Of a stretch of 64,000 nucleotides of DNA, positions 1 through 10,064 are shown one piece after another. This stretch comes from an uncultured Verrucomicrobiae bacterium (lineage in GTDB: Bacteria; Verrucomicrobiota; Verrucomicrobiia; Chthoniobacterales; JAATET01), in NCBI GenBank assembly GCA_963719495.1, contig CAVRCI010000008.1:121067-185066 (forward strand), read 5' to 3'. How positions within the stretch are numbered: the first letter of the stretch is position 1; each line of letters begins with the position of its first letter. Made by a program: the position numbers and the translations under genes. The notes below the pieces were generated by a model. It made no database searches, was not told the DNA's origin, and worked only from the letters and a program-made list of their open reading frames with translations.

Positions 1-593
1 GGCGTGGCCGCGGCGGCGAGCTCGGCAGCCTCCTTTTTGGCTTTGGCCTCGGCTTTGCGTTGGTCGTCGAGGTCGACGACCATTTGCATCGAGAATTCGT
101 CGACGGTCGGAACGCGGAAGGTGGTGCCGGCGACGGGGTTGGTGACGGTCGGGTTGATCTCGCGGAGGTAGTCGAGGTCGGAGTGGAACTTCTCGGCGAC
201 GAGTTCCCACGGGTCGGCATACATCATGCCATCGAGCTTTTCCTGCTCGGCGGGCGACGAGGCCTGGCGGCCGATCCACTGCAGATCGTCTTCGGTGAGG
301 ACGTAATCGCGGAACGGCTCGGCGACGCTGGAGAGGTCGAGGCGCTGACCGGGTGGGAGGTCGTTGGCGACGTTGTAACGGTCGGCGGCGGCCTGGGTGA
401 ATTCGCCACCGAAGCCGTCGAGTTTGCCGGGGCGGAATCCGGCCTGGTCGAGGACGATCTGGACCTTGAGGAGCTCGATGCGCTGCGGGCTGTCGTAGGG
501 TTCCTTCTCGAGGCGGCCAATGGAGGCGGCGGGCTGGGCGAAGGCGGACGCGGCGGTGAGGAGCGCGGCGAGGAGAAGGATGAGGCGGGTCAT
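1..593 (-). CDS. Probable L,D-transpeptidase family protein with peptidoglycan-binding domain (3' end runs off window)
   Basis: Hand translation from ATG at 593: MTRLILLLAALLTAASAFAQ signal peptide, then QIVLDQAGFRPGKLDGFGGEFT (PG-binding-like) and YADPWELVAEKFHSDLDYLREINP, typical of YkuD-family proteins; the catalytic domain is outside the window. Confidence 0.7.
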   Translation of the reverse strand, partial: MTRLILLLAALLTAASAFAQPAASIGRLEKEPYDSPQRIELLKVQIVLDQAGFRPGKLDGFGGEFTQAAADRYNVANDLPPGQRLDLSSVAEPFRDYVLTEDDLQWIGRQASSPAEQEKLDGMMYADPWELVAEKFHSDLDYLREINPTVTNPVAGTTFRVPTVDEFSMQMVVDLDDQRKAEAKAKKEAAELAAAAT

Positions 594-658
594 GGGACGG
601 CGGGATTTTGGTCGGCGGGGCGCGGAATGCAAGGAATGGACGTGGGGTGTGGGATCGG

Positions 659-1525
659 TCACGGACGGCCGTAGGCGACGAATTTTCCGTCGCGGCGGAA
701 GAAGAGGAAGGCGCGGTAGCCGCCCATTTTTCGCTCCGGCGAGAAGGTGTAGACGTTGACGCCTTTGGACCCCTGGGAGCCGGCCATCTTCATTTGGCCG
801 GAGGAGTCGGTGCCGAGGTAGGTCATGACGTGGGTGATGGCGGGCTTGCGGACGGGTTTGTAGGTGTTTTCCCAGAAGAGGAGGTCGCCGGGTTGGAGCT
901 TTTTGCGGAGTTTGCGGGGGTCGGTGCCGACGCGCCAGAGCTGGCGGCGCTGGCGGAGGTATTCGTATTGGTCGGAGGCGGTGCGGGGGAGATCGACGCC
1001 GCGGACTTCGCGCTGGAGCCAGCGGGCGGTATTCGAGCAATCCATGACCCACGCCTTGGATTCGCCTGGTGGCGTCCAGCGCCCGTTGTAGCGGGTGCCG
1101 GTGGGTTGGCGGATGGCGGCGGCGAAGCTGGTGGAGCTGGAGGGTGTCTCCGGTTCGGTCGGACGGGTTTCTTGGGTTTCGCGGGGGACCGGGTCCGCCA
1201 CGCGGGTGACGGGGCGGACGACGGGGGGTGGGGCGGCGACGGGGGGTGGGGTGGGGTCGGCGACCGGGACGGGGCGCGCCATCGGAATGGCGGTGGCGGG
1301 CCGAACGGGTGGCTGGGACGAGACCGGGATGCGGAGGAGCGCGCCGGGGGGGAGGTGGGAGGAGGTGAGCTGGTTGGCGGATTGGATCTCGGGGGCGCTC
1401 ACGCCGTAGCGGGTGACGAGTGATTCCATCGTCTCGCCGGGGCGGACGAGGTGGGAGCGGGTTTGCGCGGCGGCGCTGGCGGCGAGCGCGAGGGCAAGGA
1501 TGGCGGCGGCGGGGGCGAGTCTCAT
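659..1525 (-). CDS. LysM + NlpC/P60 cell-wall endopeptidase
   Basis: Signal peptide, LysM (HLVRPGETMESLVTRYGVS), Pro-rich linker, NlpC/P60 (MDCSN, LPRTASDQY, LQPGDLLF, THV); ATGA overlap with the upstream gene. Confidence 0.9.
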   Translation of the reverse strand: MRLAPAAAILALALAASAAAQTRSHLVRPGETMESLVTRYGVSAPEIQSANQLTSSHLPPGALLRIPVSSQPPVRPATAIPMARPVPVADPTPPPVAAPPPVVRPVTRVADPVPRETQETRPTEPETPSSSTSFAAAIRQPTGTRYNGRWTPPGESKAWVMDCSNTARWLQREVRGVDLPRTASDQYEYLRQRRQLWRVGTDPRKLRKKLQPGDLLFWENTYKPVRKPAITHVMTYLGTDSSGQMKMAGSQGSKGVNVYTFSPERKMGGYRAFLFFRRDGKFVAYGRP

Positions 1526-2460
1526 GGCGCGCGTCTTAGAATATGAACGGTGATCTCGGGTGGGCAATTCAATCGCGCGGCGGCGGTGCAGCTGCCGGTT
1601 CCGGGGGAGGTGTATCCGATCATGGATTCGTGCCGCCACGGACCCGAGATGAGGCGGGAGGGAACGGCGGATTTGCGGATGACGGCGATGCCGCCGGGGA
1701 GGCAGATCTGGCCGCCGTGGGTGTGGCCGCTGAGCTGGAGGTCGAACCCGGCGGCGGTTGCTCCGCGGAAACACTCCGGCGAGTGGGAGAGCAGGATCGC
1801 GCAGGCGTCGGCGGGAACGCCGAGGGCGGTGCGGTCGAGGACGTGGGTGCGGTAGTGGTCGGCGTCGTCGACGCCGGCGATCCAGAGCGTGTCGCCGTCG
1901 CGCTCGACGGCGAGGCTTTCGTTGAGGAGGAATTGGAGGCCGGCGGCTTCGAGCGGCGGGACCATGTCGAGGAGGTCGTGGTTGCCGAGGGTCGCGAGGG
2001 GGTCGGGGCCGAGGTGCGGGACGAGGGACGCGGTCAGCTCGAGGGAGCGGGCCAAATCCTCGCCGATCTCGTTGTGGTAGTCGCCGGTGACGACGGCCCG
2101 GTCGAAGTGGGTGCGCCCGATGGCGGCGATCACGGCGGCGGGGAGTGCGGGGTCGATGTCGGTGTGGAGGTCGGTGATCTGGAGGAGCCGGTAGCCGTCG
2201 AACGCGGGGGGCAAATTGGCGAGGTGGACTTCGTTTTCGACGACGCGGACGTCGAGGCATTGGGCGTGGGCGCGTTCCCAGAGGCCGAGCAGCCGGAGTC
2301 CGAGTGGGACGAGGCGGCGCATCGGGACGTAGCGGACGGGGTGCCACCAGGCAACGGTGCGGCGGCGTTTGGACGACCAGAGACGGCGCTCTTTTCGTCG
2401 GCGGGTTGCGGCGAGGCCCGGGCCCAGCCTTTCGTCGAGATCCGCTGTGGTCGGTGGCAC
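1522..2460 (-). CDS. Metallophosphoesterase (YkuE-like)
   Basis: Motifs [27 protein letters not shown]. Confidence 0.9.
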   Translation of the reverse strand: MPPTTADLDERLGPGLAATRRRKERRLWSSKRRRTVAWWHPVRYVPMRRLVPLGLRLLGLWERAHAQCLDVRVVENEVHLANLPPAFDGYRLLQITDLHTDIDPALPAAVIAAIGRTHFDRAVVTGDYHNEIGEDLARSLELTASLVPHLGPDPLATLGNHDLLDMVPPLEAAGLQFLLNESLAVERDGDTLWIAGVDDADHYRTHVLDRTALGVPADACAILLSHSPECFRGATAAGFDLQLSGHTHGGQICLPGGIAVIRKSAVPSRLISGPWRHESMIGYTSPGTGSCTAAARLNCPPEITVHILRRAP

Positions 2461-2552
2461 CCGGGAGCGTTATCACGGGCGGGGACTTCGCGCCAGCGCC
2501 GACGGGGATTGCAATTCGCGGGGGGCGGCGACATCCTGCCCGGCTTTCCGCC

Positions 2553-3167
2553 GTGCGCCTCCCGACATTTCCCCCGCTTCGCGTCCTCGTTGGGACGAGC
2601 GTGTGCGGCATTGCGCTATGGTTGGTGGGTTGCGCGGGGCCGGACGTGATCGTGCAGTCCGGGCAGCCTCCGGCGTTGTTCAATCCGAAACCGACGGCGA
2701 CTTACGAGGGGAAAGCCTCCTACTACTGGAAGCCGCAACCGACGGCGAGTGGCGAGCGATTTGACCCGGAGGCGATGACGGCGGCGCACAAGACGTTGCC
2801 GTTTCAGACGATGGTGCGGGTGACGAATCTGCGGAACGGCAAGCAGTGTCTCGTGCGGATCACCGACCGGGGTCCTTACATCAAAGGGCGGATCATCGAT
2901 CTGAGCCGGGCGGCGGCGCGGGAGATCGCGATGATCAAGTCGGGCGTGGTGCCGGTGCGGGTCGAGGTGCTCAAGAAAATCGAGTTGGTCGATAAGCCGA
3001 ATCTGCGGCTGACGTCGCAGATCAAGGCTCGTGGGGAAGCGTTGGCGCGCGAGGAAGCGGACGCGGCTGAACGGGCGCGCGCGGAGGAGAAGGTGAAGCC
3101 CCGGGCGCGGGCCGAGGGCGAGGGGAGCGGGGATCGGGCGCGGGTCCGGCGGACGCGGCGGATGTAG
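2553..3167 (+). CDS. rlpA: Septal ring lytic transglycosylase RlpA family lipoprotein
   Basis: Lipobox [41 protein letters not shown] start inferred. Confidence 0.88.
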   Translation: MRLPTFPPLRVLVGTSVCGIALWLVGCAGPDVIVQSGQPPALFNPKPTATYEGKASYYWKPQPTASGERFDPEAMTAAHKTLPFQTMVRVTNLRNGKQCLVRITDRGPYIKGRIIDLSRAAAREIAMIKSGVVPVRVEVLKKIELVDKPNLRLTSQIKARGEALAREEADAAERARAEEKVKPRARAEGEGSGDRARVRRTRRM

Positions 3168-3219
3168 GGTTGGTGTGGGGCGAGGGGCGGCAGCGAGGGG
3201 GTTGGGTTTTGATCGGCTT

Positions 3220-4506
3220 TCAGCCGATTTGGGTTGGTGATTGGCTGGAAGCCAATTCCACGGGCTCTACGAAGAACATTCGGGCGTCGGATTTGCCTTT
3301 TATGGGGATGAGGCCGCGGTCGGTGGCGGTGACGTGATCGCGGGCGGCGGCCAGGAATGCCGCGGAGACGTTGATGCGGGCGGATTCGCCTTCGCTTTCG
3401 AAACGGGCGGCGGTGTTGACGGTGTCGCCCCAGACGTCGAAGGCGAACTTGCGGTTGCCGACGACGCCGGCGACCAGGGGGCCGCGGTGGATGCCGACGC
3501 GGACGTCCCAGTAGCCGAGTCCGGCGGCGGTTTTTTCCCGTTTGCGGTGGGCGATGAAGTCGCGGATTTCGAGGGCGACGCGGAGGATGCGGCCGGCGGG
3601 GTCGGGGGTGGTCTCACCCATGCCGGAGAGGCAGAGGTAGGCGTCGCCGATGGTCTTCAATTTTTCGACGTCGTGGCGGTCGGTGATGCGGTCGAATTCG
3701 ACGAAGCAGACGTTGAGTTCGTCGAGGAGTTCGCCGGCGGTGAGGCCTTCGGCGATGGCGGTGAAGCCGCTGAAGTCGGCGATGAGGACGTTGACGTCGT
3801 CGAGGTGGCGGGCGGCGACGCGGCCGTGCGTTTTCAGTTCCTCGGCGACGTCGTCGGGGAGGATGTTGCGCAGGAGGGCGTCGGAGCGCTCCTTTTCCTC
3901 GGCGAGGTCGCGTTGACTTTCGATGAGTTCCTCTTTCAGGCGGATGGATTCCTGCTGGAGTTCGAGAGTGTCGTGGAGGCCGAGCTGCTGCTCGACGAGG
4001 CCGCCGAAGCCGCGGAGGAAGGCGATCTGGTGGGGGTCGAGGGTGCGGGGTTGGGTGTCGAGGACGCAGAGGGTGCCGACGTTCACGCCGGCTTCGAGGG
4101 CGAGGGGCATCCCGGCGTAGAAGCGGGCGTGGGGGTTGCCGGTCACGAGCGGACTGTGGGCGAATCGGTTGTCGAGGCGGAGGTCCGGCACGACGAGGGG
4201 GTCGTTTTGGAGGATGGCGTGGCCGCAGAACGAGATGTCGCGGGGGGTCTCGTCGAGGTCGATGCCGTGCTTGGATTTGAACCACTGGCGGTTCACGTCG
4301 ACCATGGAGATGTAGGCGATGGGGACGTCGAAAACGCGGGCGGCGAGGGCGGTGATCTGGTCGAAACGGTCCTCGGGCGGCGTGTCGAGGATGCGGAGAT
4401 GGCGGAGGGCGCGGAGGCGGGCGTCTTCGTTGGCGGGCTGGGCCAGGCAGGAGACGCGGGCGGCTTGCGGGGAGGTTGCGGGTGGGGGCTGGAGAGGACG
4501 AACCAC
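3220..4506 (-). CDS. GAF-sensor class III adenylate/guanylate cyclase
   Basis: GAF (LDTPPEDRFD, FYAGMPL, GTLCVLD), LLRNILP linker, cyclase motifs ADFSGFT, KTIGDAY, FDVWGDTVNTAARFES; start approximate. Confidence 0.9.
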   Translation of the reverse strand: MVRPLQPPPATSPQAARVSCLAQPANEDARLRALRHLRILDTPPEDRFDQITALAARVFDVPIAYISMVDVNRQWFKSKHGIDLDETPRDISFCGHAILQNDPLVVPDLRLDNRFAHSPLVTGNPHARFYAGMPLALEAGVNVGTLCVLDTQPRTLDPHQIAFLRGFGGLVEQQLGLHDTLELQQESIRLKEELIESQRDLAEEKERSDALLRNILPDDVAEELKTHGRVAARHLDDVNVLIADFSGFTAIAEGLTAGELLDELNVCFVEFDRITDRHDVEKLKTIGDAYLCLSGMGETTPDPAGRILRVALEIRDFIAHRKREKTAAGLGYWDVRVGIHRGPLVAGVVGNRKFAFDVWGDTVNTAARFESEGESARINVSAAFLAAARDHVTATDRGLIPIKGKSDARMFFVEPVELASSQSPTQIG

Positions 4507-4704
4507 GACGGAGGAGGATCGTTGGCGGGGCGGGTTTGTCAAAGGAAACGGCGGCGGTGCGGGTGGGCGGCTGGGGATTTTTTCTGATTTGCGTCGCCGC
4601 GGGGTTCGTGGGAAGTAATCCGCGTTATCGCACAGGATTATTACAGTTGGGAGCGGCGTCCGCGGCGGCGCCGGAGACATTTTTATCTCCGGTGGTGGTT
4701 CTGG

Positions 4705-7176
4705 GTGCCGATCCTGGTGCTGGTGGTGGGCATCGCCGGATTTCTGGTGACGGCGTCGGTGCTGACGTCGAAGTATCAGGCGCGCGCGGATTCGTTCGAT
4801 CTCGAGGAGATGGTGAAAATGGAATCCGCGACGGTCATTTACGACCGGAACGGGGTGCAGTACGGGAAAATTTTCATCCAGAACCGGTCGCCGATCTTTG
4901 GAGACGACATTCCGCAGTTGATGCGTGAAGCCGTGATCGCGGCGGAGGACAATCGGTTCATGGAGCACCACGGGGTCGATTATTGGGGCATCGCCCGGGC
5001 GGCGATTGCGAATTATCGTTCGGGGCGCAAGAGTCAGGGCGCGAGCACGGTGACGCAGCAGCTGGCGCGGAATTCGTTCGATATGTTCGAGCGGACTTAC
5101 GAGCGGAAGATCATCGAGATCCTGCTGGCGAACCGCGTGGAGGATCGTTTTTCCAAGGATCAGATCATGGAGATGTATCTGAACCGGGTGTATTTCGGCT
5201 CGGGCCTCTACGGGGTGGAGGCGGCGGCGAAGGGTTATTTCGGGGTGTCGGCTAAGGAGATGACGGCCGGGCAGTGCGCGACGCTGGCGGGGCTGCTCAA
5301 AAGCCCGAATGGCTTGTCGCCGTGGAACAACCCGGAGGGTGCGAAGGCGACGCGCAACGTGGTGCTGGGGAAAATGCGGGACGAGGGATTCATCACCGCC
5401 GAGGAGGAGCAGCAGGATCGGATGGGGCCGATGGTGACGCGGAAACGCTCGAATCCCTTCAAGGTCTCCTACGCGGTGGACTACGTGCGGCAACAGGCGG
5501 TGGCGGCGCTGGGCTACGAGCGGGCGATGAACGGAGGGTTCACGATTCACACCACGCTCGACCTCGACATGCAGCGGGCGGGAGAGATCGCCCTTCGCAA
5601 GGAATTGAACGAGGCCGAGGACCGGCCGGGTTACGACCACGAGACCTACGCGCAGTTCGTGAAGAAATTTGCGCCAGCCGAAAATACGCTGCGGTCGGGG
5701 GGATTCCCGAGCGGGAAGGTGCCGGCGCCGGAGTATCTGCAGGGGGCGGTGATCGCCTACCACAATCCGACGGGCGGGATTCTGACGCTGATCGGCGGGC
5801 GCGAATTCACCCACAGCGAATACAATCGCGCGCTGCAGGCGAGCCGGTCGCCGGGGACCGCTTTTTCGCCGCTCGTTTTTGCGGCGGGTTACGGGAAGGG
5901 GATTTTTCCGGGTGAGCTCGTGCAGGATGCGGCGCTGGACAACCGCTACGTGAACATCGGTGGGACGACGGGGATCCTGGGGGAGTGGGGCGTCGAGCGC
6001 GCCGACAACGAATACGAGGGCAACATCACGGCGCGGGAGGCGCTGGTGCAGTCGAAGAACGCGGCGACGGTGCGGTTCGGCTGGCGGGCGGGATTGGACG
6101 CGGTCACGGAGCTCGCGGCGAAGGCGGGGATCACGTCGCCGATCCGGCAATTCTCGGGTTCGTTTCTGGGGACGAGCGAGGTGTCGCTGGACCAGCTGAC
6201 CTTGGCCTACACGATGTTCCCGGGCTACGGGTGGCGGACGGATAATGCCTACATCATTCAGCGAATCGTGGATGGGAGTGGGCGGGTCGTCTACGAGGCT
6301 CCGACGAACAAGGTGCCCGTGGTGGCGGACTCGACGGCGTATCAGGTGCACGTCGCGCTCGACGAAGCGCTGCACCGGGGCACGGGCGCGCTGGCGGTCT
6401 CGCGTTACGGGCTGGGAAATTACCCGGCGGCGGGAAAGACGGGCACGGCTTACAATTTTACCGACACGTATTTCGTGGGCTACACGAGCGAGGTGACTTG
6501 CGGGGTGTGGGTGGGGTTCGACAAGCCGACGAAGATCTACCGCGGGGCGTTTGGCAACGAGTTGGCGCTGCCGGTGTGGACGAGCGTGATGAACGCGTCG
6601 GTGGCGGAATTCGAGCCACGGGAATTCGAGCGGCCGGACTCGGTGACGCCGGTGTCGATCTGCCGGATGTCTGGTCTGCTCGAGACCGGGCGTTGCGAGG
6701 ATCTGATGGTGGACCCGGCGACGGGTGAGCGCCGGATGATGAAGACGTCCTACATCGAATACGCGACCGAGGCCCAGAAGCCGCACATCCCGTGCGACGT
6801 GCATGGGACCGGGGTGCGACTTTATACGCAGGAGCGGGAGGAATCGGAGTGGCCGCGGGCGGCTTCCGCGGTGGATCTGGCGATGATTCGGCCGATCGCA
6901 ATTTCGGAGCCGGCTCTCGTGGGGTTGAATGACGTCTATGGTTCCGTGCGGCCGGCGGCGATGCGGATGCGGGAGGATGAGATTCCGGTCGCGAAAGCGT
7001 TGCCGGTCGATCAATTGGTCGCCGAGGCGGCGATGGCGGATGGGGAGGCGGCGTTGGCTCCGGGGGCGGAGGAGGGACCGCGGGAAGTGCGCAAGGCGCA
7101 GTTGGTGCGGCCGATGGACGTGCGCGGTTCGGTGCCGGTGATCTCGATCGAGCCGCCGAAGGCGATCGAGTTTTAG
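4705..7176 (+). CDS. Class A penicillin-binding protein (PBP1A-like); transglycosylase motifs intact, transpeptidase SxxK degenerate
   Basis: EDNRFMEHHG, GASTVTQQLARN, RKIIE, YLNRVYFG; SKN and KTGT present; true start may lie upstream (see findings). Confidence 0.9.
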   Translation: MPILVLVVGIAGFLVTASVLTSKYQARADSFDLEEMVKMESATVIYDRNGVQYGKIFIQNRSPIFGDDIPQLMREAVIAAEDNRFMEHHGVDYWGIARAAIANYRSGRKSQGASTVTQQLARNSFDMFERTYERKIIEILLANRVEDRFSKDQIMEMYLNRVYFGSGLYGVEAAAKGYFGVSAKEMTAGQCATLAGLLKSPNGLSPWNNPEGAKATRNVVLGKMRDEGFITAEEEQQDRMGPMVTRKRSNPFKVSYAVDYVRQQAVAALGYERAMNGGFTIHTTLDLDMQRAGEIALRKELNEAEDRPGYDHETYAQFVKKFAPAENTLRSGGFPSGKVPAPEYLQGAVIAYHNPTGGILTLIGGREFTHSEYNRALQASRSPGTAFSPLVFAAGYGKGIFPGELVQDAALDNRYVNIGGTTGILGEWGVERADNEYEGNITAREALVQSKNAATVRFGWRAGLDAVTELAAKAGITSPIRQFSGSFLGTSEVSLDQLTLAYTMFPGYGWRTDNAYIIQRIVDGSGRVVYEAPTNKVPVVADSTAYQVHVALDEALHRGTGALAVSRYGLGNYPAAGKTGTAYNFTDTYFVGYTSEVTCGVWVGFDKPTKIYRGAFGNELALPVWTSVMNASVAEFEPREFERPDSVTPVSICRMSGLLETGRCEDLMVDPATGERRMMKTSYIEYATEAQKPHIPCDVHGTGVRLYTQEREESEWPRAASAVDLAMIRPIAISEPALVGLNDVYGSVRPAAMRMREDEIPVAKALPVDQLVAEAAMADGEAALAPGAEEGPREVRKAQLVRPMDVRGSVPVISIEPPKAIEF

Positions 7177-7336
7177 CTCGGGGGGCGGTGGGGTGAAGTG
7201 TCCGGCTGCGCCGGATTGGGTTGGTGCGGCGAGCGGGAGGTCGCCGTTTCTCGAGGTTCGGCTCTCTCGCTGCGCTCGATTTGCCGGACGATGCGGCGGG
7301 ACGCCGCATCTCGCACGCGGGACGCGTGCGCTCCCC
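7177..7336. repeat. ~160-bp dispersed palindromic repeat, copy 1
   Basis: Aligns with 33258-33422; ends GGCGGGACGCC..TCTCGCACGCGGGACGCGTGCGCTCCC. Confidence 0.85.
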
Positions 7337-7339
7337 GAA

Positions 7340-8203
7340 TTACTTTCCGGCGTGTTGGGCGTCGAAAGTGGCGATTTGTTCGAGGATGACTTCGGTCATC
7401 GATGGCTCGGTGCCGATGGCGCTGGCGTAGTAGAGGGTGCGGTCGCGGAAATGGTGGGGATTTTTCCGGAAGACTTCGCGCTGGCTGGCGGCGGGCAGGC
7501 CTTCCTCCTCGGTGCCGAGGAGAACCGGGATGTCCTGGAAGCTGTGGAGGCCGTCGGCGATGAAGAACGGGACGACGACGACGTTGGGGCAGTTCGTGAG
7601 CTTGTCCCAGTCGGCGATGAGGGGTGGCTCCTCCATGTAGGTGGCGAGGACTTCGCCGTAGAGACCGAGCTCGGCGATGCGGGCGACCTGGTCCTTCGCG
7701 GCGCGGGCGGAGTTGTCGTTGAGGCTGGTGCCGTGGCCGACGATGAGGAGGCTGGTGGTGGCGGGATCGACGCCGGGCGCGGTCTCGCGGGCGCGTTGGA
7801 GGATGACGTCCGTCATGGCCGGGTGGCTGCCGACGGGTTCGCAGTAGCGGAGCGTGCGGCCGTCGCGGTGGGTGATCGGGCCGTCGAGTTGGAACTCGCG
7901 GGGGATGACGGTCTGGGTGAAGTAGCCTTCGCTGATGAAGTTCGGCACGAGGTAAACGTCGTCGGATTCGACCATGTGCAGCGCTTCCCGGAAGGATGGC
8001 TCTTCTTTCCAAAAAGCCGAGACGACTTCGCCGAAAATGCCGCGCGACCGGAGGGCGGTGGCGTGGTCGTGGGTCGAGGCGCTGGAATCGGGATTGAGCG
8101 TCGAGCCGTGGCCGATGAGGACGAGGGCGGAGTCCAGTTTCGATTTCCGATTTTCGATTTTCGAATTCGGATTGGTCGGCGGTTCGTGTAGTTCGGTGCT
8201 CAT
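7340..8203 (-). CDS. CbiX/SirB-family (sirohydrochlorin chelatase-like) two-domain protein
   Basis: Two LxxxGHG motifs (LIGHGS, IVGHGT), [22 protein letters not shown]. Confidence 0.8.
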   Translation of the reverse strand: MSTELHEPPTNPNSKIENRKSKLDSALVLIGHGSTLNPDSSASTHDHATALRSRGIFGEVVSAFWKEEPSFREALHMVESDDVYLVPNFISEGYFTQTVIPREFQLDGPITHRDGRTLRYCEPVGSHPAMTDVILQRARETAPGVDPATTSLLIVGHGTSLNDNSARAAKDQVARIAELGLYGEVLATYMEEPPLIADWDKLTNCPNVVVVPFFIADGLHSFQDIPVLLGTEEEGLPAASQREVFRKNPHHFRDRTLYYASAIGTEPSMTEVILEQIATFDAQHAGK

Positions 8204-8771
8204 GTCGGTTTGCTCGGATAAATGGATACGTCGGATGGCTCAGGATCACGGGATGATCGAACCGTTCTCGGAGACGCAGGTGCGGCACGACGAGGCGGGC
8301 GGGCGGCTGATCAGTTACGGCTTGTCGAGTTACGGTTACGATCTGCGGGTCTCTTCGGAGTTCAAGGTTTTCACGAACGTCTACAATACCGTCGTCGATC
8401 CCAAGGCATTCGACGACCGGTCGTTCGTCGACATGGATACCAACATTTGCATCGTCCCGCCGAACTCGTTCGCACTCGCCCGCAGCGTCGAATATTTTCG
8501 CATCCCGCGCGACGTCCTCACGATCTGCGTGGGGAAATCGACCTACGCGCGATGTGGGATCATCGTGAACGTCACGCCCTTCGAACCCGAGTGGGAGGGG
8601 CACGTGACGCTGGAAATCTCCAACACGACGCCGCTCCCGGCGAAGATCTACGCGAACGAGGGGCTCGCGCAGGTCGTGTTTTTCCGAGGCGACGAGGTGT
8701 GCGAGACGAGCTACGCCGACCGGGGCGGGAAATACATGAAGCAGCGTGGGATCACGATCCCGCGGATGTAG
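8202..8771 (+). CDS. dcd: dCTP deaminase
   Basis: [47 protein letters not shown]. Confidence 0.95.
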   Translation: MSVCSDKWIRRMAQDHGMIEPFSETQVRHDEAGGRLISYGLSSYGYDLRVSSEFKVFTNVYNTVVDPKAFDDRSFVDMDTNICIVPPNSFALARSVEYFRIPRDVLTICVGKSTYARCGIIVNVTPFEPEWEGHVTLEISNTTPLPAKIYANEGLAQVVFFRGDEVCETSYADRGGKYMKQRGITIPRM

Positions 8772-8797
8772 CCGGTGAGGTGGTCCGGTGGACGCGG

Positions 8798-9328
8798 TTA
8801 GAGGTCGTCCTCGTCGCCGCTGTCTTCCGTCTCGTCATCATCATCTTCGGCGTCTTCCTCCGCGTCGCTTTCGGAATCTTCGTCCTCGTCGCGTTGCTTG
8901 ATGTTGGCGAGCACTTCGGACATGTCCTCGACTTCGGCCCAGACGTCGTCGCTCACGTAGATGCTGGCTTTTTGCTGGGCCGCGAGGGCGATGCAGTCGC
9001 TGGGACGGGCGTCGAGCTCGATGATCTTTCGCTGATGGATCTCGTTCTCGGCAGTGATGATGAGGCGACCGAAGTAGGTGCCGTTTTTGAGATCGTTGAT
9101 GATGACGCGTTCGACCTTCGCGCCGACCGCGGCGAGGACGAGGGCCATGAGGTCGTGGGTGAGCGGACGTTCCTTCGACTGGCCGCTCATAAACATTCCG
9201 ATGGCGCTGCCGACGCTCGGATCGACGTAGATCACGAAAATCTTGTCGTCGTTTCCGAGAAAGACCGCACATCCGCTGCCGGTCGGGATCAACGCCTTCA
9301 CCCGCACTTCGACCACCGCCTTGCTCAT
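8798..9328 (-). CDS. Bifunctional nuclease (DUF151) family protein
   Basis: RPLTHDL, VERVIINDL, ELDARPSDCIALA; acidic tail. Confidence 0.9.
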   Translation of the reverse strand: MSKAVVEVRVKALIPTGSGCAVFLGNDDKIFVIYVDPSVGSAIGMFMSGQSKERPLTHDLMALVLAAVGAKVERVIINDLKNGTYFGRLIITAENEIHQRKIIELDARPSDCIALAAQQKASIYVSDDVWAEVEDMSEVLANIKQRDEDEDSESDAEEDAEDDDDETEDSGDEDDL

Positions 9329-9372
9329 GGCTTGAAAACTAGCAGCGGTCGGAGGGGGCGACAATGGCCGGA

Positions 9373-9906
9373 TTATTCGCGAGCCAGATCGGCCAGGTAG
9401 CGGCGCGACAGGATGACGTAGCGCTCGGCCCAGACGCGGATGCCATCCTGTTCCTCCCGCGTGAGCGCGCGGACGACCTTCGCGGGCGTGCCGAGGACGA
9501 GGGAGCCGGTCGGGATCCGTGTGTGACCAGTGACGGTCGAGTTCGCCCCGACGATCGAGCGGCTGCCGATGTGCGCGCCGTCGAGGATGATCGCGCCCAT
9601 TCCGATGAGCACTTCGTCTTCGAGGGTGCAGGCGTGGACGGTGGCCTGGTGCCCGACGGTCACCCACTCGCCGATGATCGTCGGGAGGTCGTCGGCGACG
9701 TGGACGACGCAGCCGTCCTGGACGTTTGAATGCGCGCCAATCCGGATTGGCGCGATGTCGCCCCGCAGGGAGCACTGCGGCCAGATGCTCGCCTCGTCGC
9801 CGATCTCGATGTCGCCGTGGAGGAAGACGTGCGGCGCGACGAAGGCCGATGCTGCGATGGAGGGTTTCCGGCTCATGAAGCCGTCGATTTGATCTTCGAA
9901 TTTCAT
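9373..9906 (-). CDS. Gamma carbonic anhydrase family protein
   Basis: Hexapeptide repeats; LRGD, NVQDG, VH, GH, HAC motifs. Confidence 0.92.
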   Translation of the reverse strand: MKFEDQIDGFMSRKPSIAASAFVAPHVFLHGDIEIGDEASIWPQCSLRGDIAPIRIGAHSNVQDGCVVHVADDLPTIIGEWVTVGHQATVHACTLEDEVLIGMGAIILDGAHIGSRSIVGANSTVTGHTRIPTGSLVLGTPAKVVRALTREEQDGIRVWAERYVILSRRYLADLARE

Positions 9907-9990
9907 GATCGTGACGCTACCAGCAAGGCGGGCAAAGGTCGTGCTTGGATCGACGCTTGGAAAAAAATCCAAAAAGTTCGCGCACAAGCG

Positions 9991-10020
9991 TTGACAGATT
10001 CCCGATTTTCGAAGTAGTTT
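9991..10020 (+). promoter_or_regulatory. Sigma70-like promoter for the HU gene
   Basis: TTGACA (9991-9996), 18 nt, TAGTTT (10015-10020), about 45 nt upstream of the ATG. Confidence 0.6.
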
Positions 10021-10064
10021 GGCAATTACCTTCACGCGAGGAATTCCCAAAGACTCTTTCTTAT

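Noticed and set aside
4507..7014. 1264-aa minus-strand ORF as one giant adenylate cyclase
   Set aside because: The N-terminal ~835 aa is the Arg/Pro-rich antisense shadow of the PBP gene; only 3220-4506 looks real
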